A stretch of 64,000 nucleotides of DNA from an uncultured Aliarcobacter sp. (GCA_963677435.1 OY781945.1:1568001-1632000); one strand, 5' to 3'; shown: positions 19,858 through 30,187, numbered from the stretch's first letter. Program-made: numbers and translations. Notes: generated by a model not told the origin, from the letters alone.

Positions 19858-20166
19858 ATGAATATTGTAACATTTTGTCAAGTTGATGAGTCTTTATTTA
19901 ACCCTGAATTTAACGTTGAATATTTTCATACAACAGGTGAAGCAAAAGATGCTGATATTGTAATTATTGATATTGATTCAATTTTTGAATTTGAGGAAAA
20001 TAAAGGTAAAGTTTGTAAAGATAAGTTTGTTTCTATTGCTATTATTGATGATGATAGTGATTATGAAGCTTTTAAAAACTTTGGAATAGATGCTTGGATT
20101 AAACATGCTGATATTTCACAAATTAATAATATTATTAATTTAGTAAATAAAAGGTTGTTATCATAA
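19858..20166 (+). CDS. Hypothetical protein, possibly a degenerate receiver (CheY-like) domain
   Basis: GGAG SD; ADIVIIDI and FGIDAWIK segments resemble receiver beta3 and beta5. Confidence 0.65.
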   Translation: MNIVTFCQVDESLFNPEFNVEYFHTTGEAKDADIVIIDIDSIFEFEENKGKVCKDKFVSIAIIDDDSDYEAFKNFGIDAWIKHADISQINNIINLVNKRLLS

Positions 20167-20951
20167 TTATTGATACACATTGTCATTTAGACAACAAACA
20201 ATATTACGAAGACATTGATAAAGTTATTCAAAATGCATTAAATCATAATGTAAAAGGTTTTTTAATTCCTGGCGCTGATTTTGATGATTTACCTCAAGCT
20301 ATAAAATTAGCTGAAAAATATGATGAAGTTTATTTTGCAGTTGGAATTCATCCTTACGATATAGATAAATTTGATGAAGCAACTATGGAAAAATATGTTA
20401 ATCATCCAAAATGTATTGCCATTGGTGAATGTGGTTTAGATTATTTTAGACTTCCTGAAGACGAAGTTGAAAAACAAGAAAATATAAAAAAACAAAAAGA
20501 GGTTTTTATAGCACAAATTGAATTTGCAAAAAAAGTTAAAAAACCTTTGATTGTACATATTCGTGAAGCTTCAAATGATTCAAGACAAATCTTGATTGAT
20601 TATAACGCTAAAGAGGTTGGTGGAGTTTTACACTGTTTTAATGCAAGTGAACATTTACTTCCTTTAGCGCAACATAATTTTTATTTTGGAATAGGTGGAG
20701 TTTTAACTTTTAAAAATGCAAAAAAATTAGTAGAAATACTTCCTAAAATTCCAAAAGAGAAATTATTAATAGAAACGGATGCTCCTTATCTTACTCCTCA
20801 TCCTCATAGGGGTGAAAGAAACGAACCTTATTATACAGTTTTTGTTTCTAGTAAAATGTCAGAACTACTTGACTTAAGTGATGGCGAGATTCAAAGTTTA
20901 ACTACAAATAATGCGAAAAAATTATTTAAAGAGTTTTCTAGTCTTTCTTAG
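20163..20951 (+). CDS. tatD: TatD family hydrolase/DNase
   Basis: Frame open from ATA 20163: IIDTHCHLD...GIHP...IGECGLDY...HIRE...HCF...ETDAPY; the ORF track start (20385) omits the HxH motif. Confidence 0.9.
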   Translation: MIIDTHCHLDNKQYYEDIDKVIQNALNHNVKGFLIPGADFDDLPQAIKLAEKYDEVYFAVGIHPYDIDKFDEATMEKYVNHPKCIAIGECGLDYFRLPEDEVEKQENIKKQKEVFIAQIEFAKKVKKPLIVHIREASNDSRQILIDYNAKEVGGVLHCFNASEHLLPLAQHNFYFGIGGVLTFKNAKKLVEILPKIPKEKLLIETDAPYLTPHPHRGERNEPYYTVFVSSKMSELLDLSDGEIQSLTTNNAKKLFKEFSSLS

Positions 20952-20986
20952 ATATAATCTTTGCTATATCAAAAGAAGAGGACTTT

Positions 20987-22243
20987 TTGAATAAATTTTT
21001 TTTTACAATACTTATTTTAACAAATACACTTTTTGCAAATGTTTCAAATGAAATAGATCTAAAAATTTTAAAAGACCTAGATATTGAAGCTTCATTTTTA
21101 TCAAATAAATCTTTGCAAGATACATATGAAGAATATTCATCAAATCAAAATATAACTTATTACAATAATATTCTAAAAAAATCAACTTTAAATGCACAAA
21201 TAGTAAGAAGCGAAGTTGAAAGTGAAAATCTTCCAGATACAGTATTCTTTATTCCTATGTTAGAATCTAGTTTTTCAAATCAAGAAAGAAGTAAAAATAG
21301 TCCAGCTGGTTTATGGCAAATTATGCCTTTAACTGCAAAAAATTTAAAATTAAGAAATGATGAATTTATTGATGAAAGACTTGATTTAATTAAATCTACT
21401 GATGCTGCTAGTTCTTACATGAAAAGATATTATAAAAAATTGCATAAGTGGTACTTAGCCATTTTAGCTTATAATTGTGGAGAAGGCAATGTTATAGAAG
21501 GAGTTGCAAGATCATCTCTTGATAGATATTTAGAATTGAATCCTAATTTTAGAGATAAGCAAAATATCAAAAATTATCAAAAAATATTTGATGATTATGC
21601 GGTAAATAAAAGAGGATTAAGTAATTTATATGATATTTACAATAATTACAAGTCATTTTACAGCTTTGAATATTTAGTAGATAATAATCTAAAGAATAAG
21701 TATTTACCTGAATCAAGCATTCTTTATTTGAAAAAGTTGATAGCATTTTCTATGATTGCAAATAGAGATTTATTTAAAAGTATTGATAATAAAAGTAAAT
21801 ATAAATTAGTAAAAGTTAAAGTACATAAAGGCTTACAATTAAAATCTGTTGCAGCTGCAATTAATATGAATTATAATGAATTTAAAAGTTTTAATAAACA
21901 TATTAAAAAGCAAGTACTTCCTACAGATTCAAAACTTTATAATATTTATATTCCTTTAAGTAAATTAGAAATCTATAATCAAAAAATAATTACTATAAAA
22001 CCAGTAAAAGATAATATTAAAGAGATAAAAAAAGTTACTAAAAAAGATACTAAAGTAATAGAAAATAAAAATAATAAGAATATTAAAAATAATATTAAGC
22101 CAATTATTTATAATGTAAGAAAAGGTGATTCATTAGAATCAATTGCTAAAAAATATAAAGTTAATATTAAAAAATTAAAAACAGATAATAATAAAAAATC
22201 TAATTTAATAAATATAGGAGAAAAAATTGAAATTTATAGGTAA
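20987..22243 (+). CDS. Lytic transglycosylase with LysM domain (MltD-like)
   Basis: ESS, AGLWQIMP, AYNCGEG, C-terminal LysM YNVRKGDSLESIAKKY. Confidence 0.9.
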   Translation: MNKFFFTILILTNTLFANVSNEIDLKILKDLDIEASFLSNKSLQDTYEEYSSNQNITYYNNILKKSTLNAQIVRSEVESENLPDTVFFIPMLESSFSNQERSKNSPAGLWQIMPLTAKNLKLRNDEFIDERLDLIKSTDAASSYMKRYYKKLHKWYLAILAYNCGEGNVIEGVARSSLDRYLELNPNFRDKQNIKNYQKIFDDYAVNKRGLSNLYDIYNNYKSFYSFEYLVDNNLKNKYLPESSILYLKKLIAFSMIANRDLFKSIDNKSKYKLVKVKVHKGLQLKSVAAAINMNYNEFKSFNKHIKKQVLPTDSKLYNIYIPLSKLEIYNQKIITIKPVKDNIKEIKKVTKKDTKVIENKNNKNIKNNIKPIIYNVRKGDSLESIAKKYKVNIKKLKTDNNKKSNLINIGEKIEIYR

Positions 22244-23222
22244 TAGTTTAAAAAGTAGTTTATTCTTAAGTTTATTATTAAGTGTTTTTCTTTTTACAGG
22301 ATGTTCACAAAAATCTTCTAGTGTAGATTATAATAAATTTTATAAAGATACAAAAAATTCAAAGATAAACAACTCATTAGAAATGCATAAATATACTATG
22401 CGACCTTATAGTGTATTTGGTATAAAATATTATCCTTTTATTGCAAATATTGGAGATGATTTTGAAGGTACAGCTTCTTGGTATGGTCCTGATTTTCACT
22501 CAAAAAAGACTTCAAATGGTGAAATTTACGATATGTATGATATGACAGCTGCTCATAAAACTTTACCTATGAATACAGTTGTAAGAGTTGACAATTTAGA
22601 AAATGGAAAATCAATAATTGTAAGAATTAACGATAGAGGTCCTTTTGTTAGAGGCCGAATCATTGACTTATCTAATAAAGCAGCAAATGAAATTGATATG
22701 GTAAGAAAAGGAACAGCAAAAGTAAAAATCACTGTTTTAGGATATAATGGCGAAATTGAGAATAAAGATGCACCCTATGCACAGTTGCCAAAAAATGACC
22801 CAACTCTTATAGGGAAAAAAGAAAATGTTGTTGCCCTTGAACCTTTAGCAATAAAAGAAGATTCAATTATATCAACAAAAACACCAGTTGCTACAGCTGT
22901 AAATAATAAAGTAGGTAAACCTATTGTAAATGCAAATAGTAATAAAAATGTAGCTAAATCTACATCAAATACTAATAACAAAGCTTTACCTATTGGCAAA
23001 TATAGTATTCAAGTTGGTGCTTTTGGTTTAGAAAATGGTGCAGTAAAAACAAAAAATGAATATCAAAGAAAATTTTCTAATAATAAAGTTGATGTAAAAA
23101 AAGTTTTCTCAAATGGGAAAGTTTTATATAAAGTTTTAATCGGTGGGTTTAATAATGCCGATGCTGCAAAAAGATTTAAAGATGCAAATGCTTTAGGTAA
23201 TGTTCTAATAATTAGTAATTAG
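22227..23222 (+). CDS. rlpA: Septal ring lytic transglycosylase RlpA lipoprotein
   Basis: Lipobox FTGC; ASWYG, TAAHKTLP, RINDRGPF; C-terminal SPOR (IQVGAF). Confidence 0.94.
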   Translation: MKFIGNSLKSSLFLSLLLSVFLFTGCSQKSSSVDYNKFYKDTKNSKINNSLEMHKYTMRPYSVFGIKYYPFIANIGDDFEGTASWYGPDFHSKKTSNGEIYDMYDMTAAHKTLPMNTVVRVDNLENGKSIIVRINDRGPFVRGRIIDLSNKAANEIDMVRKGTAKVKITVLGYNGEIENKDAPYAQLPKNDPTLIGKKENVVALEPLAIKEDSIISTKTPVATAVNNKVGKPIVNANSNKNVAKSTSNTNNKALPIGKYSIQVGAFGLENGAVKTKNEYQRKFSNNKVDVKKVFSNGKVLYKVLIGGFNNADAAKRFKDANALGNVLIISN

Positions 23223-23230
23223 GAAAAAAG

Positions 23231-23803
23231 ATGGTAGAAATAAATAGAAAAACAAAAGAAACAGATATCAACTGTAAAATAGATATAAATGGGTCTGGAA
23301 AATCAAATATAAAAACTGGTGTTGGATTTTTTGATCATATGTTAGAAGCTTTATCAAAACATAGTGGAATTGATATTGATTTAACTTGTGATGGTGATTT
23401 ACACATTGATGCTCACCATACGGTTGAAGATTGTGGAATTGTTTTAGGACAAGCTTTAAAGAAAGCAATTTTTCCAATACAAGCAGTTGAGAGATATGGA
23501 AATGCAACTGTTGTTATGGATGAAGCAGCAACTACATGTGCTTTAGATTTATCAAATAGACCTTATTTGGTTTATGAAGTAAATGTAAGTGGAAAAGTTG
23601 GCGATTTTGATGTTGAATTAGTTGAAGAGTTTTTCCATGCAGTTTCAGGAAATGCTGGATTAACTGTGCATATTATACAAGATAGAGGAAGAAATAAACA
23701 TCATATTTTAGAAGCTTCATTTAAAGCTTTTGCAGTTGCCCTTAGACGAGCCTTAGTTAAAAATGAGAGATTAGGAATTCCTAGTACAAAAGGTATTTTA
23801 TGA
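23231..23803 (+). CDS. hisB: Imidazoleglycerol-phosphate dehydratase
   Basis: RKTKETDI, FFDHML, DAHHTVED, NKHHILE, PSTKG. Confidence 0.97.
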   Translation: MVEINRKTKETDINCKIDINGSGKSNIKTGVGFFDHMLEALSKHSGIDIDLTCDGDLHIDAHHTVEDCGIVLGQALKKAIFPIQAVERYGNATVVMDEAATTCALDLSNRPYLVYEVNVSGKVGDFDVELVEEFFHAVSGNAGLTVHIIQDRGRNKHHILEASFKAFAVALRRALVKNERLGIPSTKGIL

Positions 23804-24297
23804 TTGAACTAATTGTTTTAGATGTTGATGGTACCTTAACAGACGGAAAAATTACTTATTCAAATAGTGGAGAAGAGACTAAATCTTTTGATGTTGCTGA
23901 TGGTTTAGCAATTGCCGTTTGGACAAAAAAATTTGGTAAAAAAGCTGCAATTATTACTGGACGAAGTTCTTTAGTTGTAGAAAGAAGAGCAAAAGAGTTA
24001 AATGTTACTCATCTTCATCAAGGAATAAAAAATAAACAAGAAGTTTTAGAACAAATATTAAAAGAAGAAAATTTATCATGGAGTCAAGTTGCTGCCATTG
24101 GTGATGATTTAAATGATTATAATATGTTAAAAAAAGTAGGACTTTCATTCACACCTGCAAATGGAACACACTATTTAAAAGATTTTGTAAATGTTATTTG
24201 TCAAAATAGAGGTGGTGATGGAGCAGTAAGAGAAATGTTAGAATATATTTTTAAAGAAGATGGACTTGAAGAGGAGTTCTTAAACGCATGGCTATAA
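23800..24297 (+). CDS. kdsC: KDO 8-phosphate phosphatase (HAD)
   Basis: DVDGTLTDG, IITGR, GDDLND, GGDGAVRE; adjacent to lptCA. Confidence 0.92.
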   Translation: MIELIVLDVDGTLTDGKITYSNSGEETKSFDVADGLAIAVWTKKFGKKAAIITGRSSLVVERRAKELNVTHLHQGIKNKQEVLEQILKEENLSWSQVAAIGDDLNDYNMLKKVGLSFTPANGTHYLKDFVNVICQNRGGDGAVREMLEYIFKEDGLEEEFLNAWL

Positions 24298-24818
24298 AAC
24301 TTTTTATTTTCATACTTTTATTTATATCATTAGGTAGTTATTTTATTCCTGTTGAAAATGCAAAAAAAAATATACTTGATAAAGATATTCCTCAAGTTAT
24401 TTTTGAGTCACCTAAAATGTATACATTAAATGATAATAGTTTAAATAGAATTGTAATTGCTACACATGCAATAAAATATGAGAATAGAGATGAAATGTAT
24501 AATGCAGATATTACTCTAAAAAATCAAGATAAAACAAAAGATTTTAAAAATGAGAAATTAAAAGCAGATTTGATAGTAAAAAAAGGCGATAATTATATTT
24601 TAACAAATAATGTAAAATATACTAGGGATAATTTTATTAAGTTAAATACTGATGAGCTTTTTTATGATGATATAAAAAAAATTGCTACAAATACAAAACC
24701 ATTTGATGCTATATACAATAATCATTTTGTAAAAGGTGATACAATCTATTTAGATATAAATAATGATTTTATAAATGCAAAAAATACACATTTCGAAATT
24801 GATGTTACTAAAAATTAA
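24288..24818 (+). CDS. lptC: LPS export periplasmic protein LptC-like
   Basis: N-terminal TM plus beta-rich domain; located between kdsC and lptA. Confidence 0.75.
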   Translation: MAIKLFIFILLFISLGSYFIPVENAKKNILDKDIPQVIFESPKMYTLNDNSLNRIVIATHAIKYENRDEMYNADITLKNQDKTKDFKNEKLKADLIVKKGDNYILTNNVKYTRDNFIKLNTDELFYDDIKKIATNTKPFDAIYNNHFVKGDTIYLDINNDFINAKNTHFEIDVTKN

Positions 24819-24830
24819 AAAAGGAAAAAA

Positions 24831-25322
24831 ATGAAATATTTAATAGGCTCTTTACTTTGTTCTACACTTTTATTAGCTCAAAGTGAAACTTTGATGATAG
24901 ATGCACAAGATTTTCAAGCCGACGATAAAAAGGGAATCTCTATTTTTACTGGAAATGTAAAGATAAAAATGGGAGATGACAGATTAAATGCAAATAGGGT
25001 AGATGTTTTTTTTGCAACAACTAAAGATAATACAAAAATTCCTTTAAAATATGTTGCAACAGGTAATGCAGATTTTGAAATAGTAACAGCTGATAAACAC
25101 TATATTGGTAATGGAGATAAAGTAATATATTCTCCTCAAAAAGAAGAATATACAATTTTAGGTAATGGTTTTTTACAAGAAAAAAATGATGATAGAAAAG
25201 TTTACGGAGATACAATTTATGTAAATCAATTAACAGGTGAAGCTAGAGTTAAAGGTAGTGAAAATAAACCTGTTAAATTTATGATAAATGTAGAGCGTGG
25301 ACAAGATAAAGGAAAACAATAA
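24831..25322 (+). CDS. lptA: LPS transport periplasmic protein LptA
   Basis: Signal peptide, FTGNVKI, OstA-like pattern, synteny. Confidence 0.87.
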   Translation: MKYLIGSLLCSTLLLAQSETLMIDAQDFQADDKKGISIFTGNVKIKMGDDRLNANRVDVFFATTKDNTKIPLKYVATGNADFEIVTADKHYIGNGDKVIYSPQKEEYTILGNGFLQEKNDDRKVYGDTIYVNQLTGEARVKGSENKPVKFMINVERGQDKGKQ

Positions 25323-25924
25323 TGAGAATAACTGAAGCTAAATTTTTACAATCTGCTCAAGGAATTATGGATTCTCCAAGTCCAGATAGAGCTGAAGTTG
25401 CATTTTTAGGAAGATCAAATGTAGGAAAGTCATCATTACTTAATACTTTGACGAATAGAAAAGGTTTAGCAAAATCTTCTTCAACTCCTGGTAAAACACA
25501 ACTTATAAATTATTTTGAAATTAATTTCAAAACTGATAATGAAGAGTTGCCATATTTATATGCAAGATTTGTGGATTTACCTGGATTTGGTTATGCAAAA
25601 GTTTCTAAAAGTATAAAAGCTGAATGGAATAGAAATCTAACAGCTTATTTGGAACAAAGACAATGTTTACAAATATTTGTGCATTTGATTGATTCAAGAC
25701 ATCCTTTACTTGATATTGATAAAAATGTGGATGAATTTTTAAGAACTATAAAAAGAGGCGATCAAATTATCATTCAAGCATTTACAAAAATAGATAAATT
25801 AAAAATGAATGATTTAGCAAAATTAAAAAGAGAATACCCTGAAGGAATTTTTATTTCAAATTTGAAAAAAAAGGGTATGATAGATTTACAAAATAAAATT
25901 ACAGGATACTTATTTGGACATTAG
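25322..25924 (+). CDS. engB: Ribosome biogenesis GTPase YihA/YsxC
   Basis: GRSNVGKSS, PGKTQ, DLPGFG, TKID. Confidence 0.96.
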   Translation: MRITEAKFLQSAQGIMDSPSPDRAEVAFLGRSNVGKSSLLNTLTNRKGLAKSSSTPGKTQLINYFEINFKTDNEELPYLYARFVDLPGFGYAKVSKSIKAEWNRNLTAYLEQRQCLQIFVHLIDSRHPLLDIDKNVDEFLRTIKRGDQIIIQAFTKIDKLKMNDLAKLKREYPEGIFISNLKKKGMIDLQNKITGYLFGH

Positions 25925-26375
25925 ATTTTATAAGCCAACCGTGGCTGATATTACAAAAATGCAAGATATTGTTAGAGAAGAAGTTGCAAGTGGAAAAATT
26001 CTTTTAAGAACAGAAGATGAAATGGCAACTACAATTCGTTCATATACTGTTGTTGAAGTAGATGGGAAAATGGCTGGATTTACAGCAACACATATTCACT
26101 CTCCAAGACTAGCAGAAGTACGAAGTTTAGTTGTGGCAAAAGAGTTTAGAGGTCTAAAATTAGGTCGAAAACTTGTAGATGCTTGTATAAAAGAGGCAAA
26201 AGAGTATGGAATACAACAACTTTTATCTTTAACTTATGAACAAGGATTTTTTGAAAGTTGTGGCTTTAGAGTGATTTCAAAAGAAGAAATTCCTGAACAT
26301 AAAATCTGGGCAGATTGTATTAGATGTAAGCATTTCCCCATTTGTGACGAAATTGCAATGGTTATTGATTTATAA
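25914..26375 (+). CDS. GNAT N-acetyltransferase (short ArgA-like)
   Basis: LAEVRSLVV, LSLTY...FF, KIWADCIRCKHFPICDE. Confidence 0.85.
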   Translation: MDIRFYKPTVADITKMQDIVREEVASGKILLRTEDEMATTIRSYTVVEVDGKMAGFTATHIHSPRLAEVRSLVVAKEFRGLKLGRKLVDACIKEAKEYGIQQLLSLTYEQGFFESCGFRVISKEEIPEHKIWADCIRCKHFPICDEIAMVIDL

Positions 26376-26459
26376 TTAATTACTTTTTATAAGCTTCTTT
26401 TTACTTAAATATTTTTAATTAGTGTACAATGTATGAATATTATCTCAAAGGATTAATTC

Positions 26460-27251
26460 ATGTGGTTGTACACTAGTTGCACTTTTAAATTCGATATTTC
26501 TGAATTTACTCCATTTCTATTTATGTTAAGACCTCAAAACAACTTAAATCAGTTTATATCACTAGAAGAGTTTCAAATAAAACCAAATGTTGAAGTTAAT
26601 CAATTTCAAGATATTTATGGTAATTTCTATCAAAGATTAGTAGCACCTCCTGGAAAATTCAAAATACAATGTGACACAAAAGTTATGATAAAAGATAATT
26701 CAAATAATGCTTTTGGCAAAGAATTTGTTGATATTCATAATTTACCCCACGATGTTCTTTTATATCTGCTTCCTAGTCGTTATTGTGAATCTGATTGGTT
26801 CAATCAAATGGCAACACAAATTACCCAAGGTTTACCATTAGGATATGAACAAGTATTAGCAATAACTAATTGGATACGAACAAATATTAGTTTTGAAAAT
26901 AATAGTAGTGATACTCAAGTAACAGCCATTGAAGTAAATAACAGAAAATATGGTGTATGTAGAGATTTAGCTCATTTAGCAATTGCATTATGTAGAAGTA
27001 TAAGTATTCCTTCTCGTATTGTTGTTGGATATTTATATGAATTAGAACCTATGGATTTACATGCTTGGTTTGAAGTTTATATTGGTGATGGTTGGTATAG
27101 ATTTGATGCAACGCAAGATTTAAATAAAGAGGGTTATGTTGTTATTGCACATGGTAGAGATGCAGCTGATGTGGCTGTTTATACTCAGTTTGGCTCAACA
27201 CTATTTCCAAGCTCTCAAAAAGTAAAAGTTAAAAAATTAAACGAAATATAA
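26460..27251 (+). CDS. Transglutaminase-like protein
   Basis: LPSRYCESD; catalytic triad in GVCRDLAH / HAW / FDAT; GRDAADV. Confidence 0.92.
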   Translation: MWLYTSCTFKFDISEFTPFLFMLRPQNNLNQFISLEEFQIKPNVEVNQFQDIYGNFYQRLVAPPGKFKIQCDTKVMIKDNSNNAFGKEFVDIHNLPHDVLLYLLPSRYCESDWFNQMATQITQGLPLGYEQVLAITNWIRTNISFENNSSDTQVTAIEVNNRKYGVCRDLAHLAIALCRSISIPSRIVVGYLYELEPMDLHAWFEVYIGDGWYRFDATQDLNKEGYVVIAHGRDAADVAVYTQFGSTLFPSSQKVKVKKLNEI

Positions 27252-27265
27252 ACCAAGGATAAATT

Positions 27266-28117
27266 ATGGAACGCTTTAAAATAATTCATAGAACTTACTA
27301 TAATTATTCAGATAATGTAAATTTAGGAACTCATAATTTGCTTTTAAGACCAAGAGAAAACCATGAACTTCGTATTGAGTCATTTACATTAAATATTACT
27401 CCTAAGGCTAAAATTCTATGGCATTTAGATGTTGAAGATAATTCTGTGGCAATTGCTACATTTGATACGCCAACTCAACAACTTTTTATTGAAAGTGAAG
27501 TTCTTATTCAACAGTATAATGAATCACCACTTGATTTTATAGTTGCTGATTATGCAATAAATTATCCTTTTAAATATTTACCAAATGATAATTTTATTCT
27601 TTCATCTTATATGGTTTTACCAAATGAAGAAAGCAGAATACTTTTAAATAATTGGATAGGTAATGTTTATAAGTATGGTGAAAAGATTCAAACTTATACT
27701 CTTTTACAAAAATTAACAACTTATATATTTAAAAACTTTACCTATAAAGTAAGAGAAGAAGCGGGGGTTCAAACAGCAAAACAAACTCTAACTTATGGTT
27801 CTGGTTCATGTAGAGATTTTGCTTTTTTATTTATGGAAGTAGTTAAATGTTTAGGTTTAGCAACAAGATTTGTAAGTGGTTATCTTTATGCGCCTTTGAT
27901 GTCTGATCAAGCTGGTTCAACCCATGCTTGGGCAGAGGTTTATCTTCCTGGTGGTGGTTGGAAAGGTTTTGATCCAACCACTGGCGATATTGTTGGAAAA
28001 GATCATATTGCAGTTGCAGTTTCAAGGTTACCGGATAATGTTCCTCCCATTTCAGGTTCATACTCAGGAATTTCTGATTCAACACTTAGTGTTGGGGTTT
28101 GGGTTACAAAAGTTTAA
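27266..28117 (+). CDS. Transglutaminase-like protein with bacterial N-terminal domain
   Basis: IIHRTYY...LRPR; GSCRDFA, RFVSGYL, HAWAEVYLPGGGWKGFDPT. Confidence 0.92.
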   Translation: MERFKIIHRTYYNYSDNVNLGTHNLLLRPRENHELRIESFTLNITPKAKILWHLDVEDNSVAIATFDTPTQQLFIESEVLIQQYNESPLDFIVADYAINYPFKYLPNDNFILSSYMVLPNEESRILLNNWIGNVYKYGEKIQTYTLLQKLTTYIFKNFTYKVREEAGVQTAKQTLTYGSGSCRDFAFLFMEVVKCLGLATRFVSGYLYAPLMSDQAGSTHAWAEVYLPGGGWKGFDPTTGDIVGKDHIAVAVSRLPDNVPPISGSYSGISDSTLSVGVWVTKV

Positions 28118-28120
28118 ATT

Positions 28121-29494
28121 TTATTTAGAACTTTTGGCCTCTTGCCAAATTTCTCTAAAGATTTTTATTGCATTTTCTATTTCATTTTCTTCAAAAGCAC
28201 CAAAACCTAAAGCTAAGACTTTTTTTATTTCAAAATATTCTTTAAAATAGATTTTTACATCTTTTTTTTCAGCTATTTCTTCTAATTTATTTAAATCAAT
28301 ATTTATAAGAGGTTTTATTAAAAAATTTAAGCCACTTCCTTCTCTTAATATTTTTATTTCATCTTTTAAATAATAAAGTAAGCTATTTTTCATCATCTCA
28401 TGTTTTTTCTTATTTGAATTCCGTATTTTTCTTAAATGTTTTTCCCAATATCCATCTTTTAAAAAAAGTTCTAATGTTTTTTGAAGATCAATAGGTACAC
28501 CAGAAAATGAAAAATCAAAAGCTGATTTATAAATAGGAAGTAGTTTTGTAGGCAAAACAATATAAGCAACTCTTAGAGCTGGTGAGAGAGCTTTTGAAAA
28601 AGTTCCAACATAAACTACTCTATCACTATTTTCTAAGCCTTGCATAGCAGGAATGGGTCTATTATAATAACTTAGTTCACTATCATAATCATCTTCAATA
28701 ATAAATGAGTCATTTTTTTTTGCCCAATGTATTAATTTTATTCTATTTGCAATTGGTATTGTAACACCTGTTGGAAATTGGTGAGATGGAGTTAGATATA
28801 TAGATTTACAAGCTGTTTTTTCCAATTGATTTATATCTATGCCATTTGAATTTATTGAGATATCTTTTATATCATAATCTAATAATTCAAAAACTTTTCT
28901 AGCAACAGAATATCCTGGATATTCAATAGCTAAACTATTTGAAATAGTTTTCAAGATACTTCCCACAATAAACATAGAATCTGAAAAACCACTTGTAATA
29001 ATTATTTGATCTTTGGTGCAATTTACTGCTCTTGATGAAAATAGATATTTTTGTATTTCTTGTCTTAATCCTTCATCACCTTGTTTATTTTGATATATTC
29101 CATAATGAATATCACTTTTTAAAACTTTGCTATAAAGATTAAGCCATATTTTTTTTGGAAAGGAACTTTTACTTAAACTTGCTGGATAAAAATTAATTTT
29201 GTAATTTTTGTTTGTAATCTCTTTATCAAATTTTTCATTTGTATCTTTTTCAAACTTTTGATAAATATCTTCACAAACAAAATATCCACTTTTTACCTTA
29301 CTTTCAATATAACCTTCTGCATATAACTGGTTATACGCTGATTGAATTGTATTTTTACTTAAATTATATTCATCAACCATTTTTCTAATTGAAGGAAGTT
29401 TAGTTCCTGCTAATAAATTAGTTTTTATATCTTCTTTCATTTGTTTATATAGTTGAATATAAAGTGGAATAGTGTTTTTTTCAAATTTATACAT
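28121..29494 (-). CDS. MocR/GabR family PLP-dependent GntR regulator
   Basis: N-terminal wHTH (LPSIR...YNQLYAEGY); TPSHQFPTG, EDDYDSE, GTFSK. Confidence 0.94.
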   Translation of the reverse strand: MYKFEKNTIPLYIQLYKQMKEDIKTNLLAGTKLPSIRKMVDEYNLSKNTIQSAYNQLYAEGYIESKVKSGYFVCEDIYQKFEKDTNEKFDKEITNKNYKINFYPASLSKSSFPKKIWLNLYSKVLKSDIHYGIYQNKQGDEGLRQEIQKYLFSSRAVNCTKDQIIITSGFSDSMFIVGSILKTISNSLAIEYPGYSVARKVFELLDYDIKDISINSNGIDINQLEKTACKSIYLTPSHQFPTGVTIPIANRIKLIHWAKKNDSFIIEDDYDSELSYYNRPIPAMQGLENSDRVVYVGTFSKALSPALRVAYIVLPTKLLPIYKSAFDFSFSGVPIDLQKTLELFLKDGYWEKHLRKIRNSNKKKHEMMKNSLLYYLKDEIKILREGSGLNFLIKPLINIDLNKLEEIAEKKDVKIYFKEYFEIKKVLALGFGAFEENEIENAIKIFREIWQEAKSSK

Positions 29495-29591
29495 AAATCT
29501 GTCCTCATTAAAATTCTAAAAAAATCCATCTTTTCATAGTTTCAGATTATTGATATTATACAAATGAAAACCTAAAAATTAAGGATAAAAA

Positions 29592-30187
29592 ATGAGAAGA
29601 GATGAATTTAATATTAAAGATGAAAATAGTATCAATGAAATTTTAAAAGAGTGTGAATATGGTACTTTAAGTCTTATTAGTGAAAATAAACCTTATTGTG
29701 TAGCTTTAAATTTTGTTGTTTATGATGATTCTATATTTTTTCATGGAGCAAAAGAAGGAAGAAAAATTGAAGCTATTAAAAACAATCCATTAGCTTCTTT
29801 TTTAGTAATTAAACCATACTCTTTTATTCCATTATATTTTAGTGATACACTTGCTACTTGTCCTGCAACACAATTTTTTGCTTCAGTTTTATTTGAAGGT
29901 GTTGTTAGTTTTATAGAAGATGATGACAAAAAAGCTGAAGTTTTAAATACCCTAATGCAAAAGTTTCAAGAAGATGGAACATAGAACCAATAGCATTTGA
30001 TAAAGCGATGTATACAAAAATGATATCTAAAACTGCAATTATTGAATTAAAAGCTCAAAATATCTCTTGTAAAATAAAAGTTGGTCAAAATTTAAATGAA
30101 AAGAAAAAAAATAGATTGATAGAAAAATTAAAAAATAGAGATACAAAAATAGATAAAGAAACTATTAGACTAATAAACTTATATTAA
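29592..30187 (+). pseudogene. Pyridoxamine 5'-phosphate oxidase/NimA-like flavin-binding protein, frameshifted
   Basis: ORF stops at TAG 29982-29984, but coding continues in the shifted frame (EPIAFDKAMYTKMISKTAIIELKAQNISCKIKVGQN...) to TAA 30185-30187. Confidence 0.8.

Noticed and set aside
29496..29548. AATCTG/CAGATT pair as a MocR operator
   Set aside because: Only 6 bp; expected by chance in AT-rich DNA.
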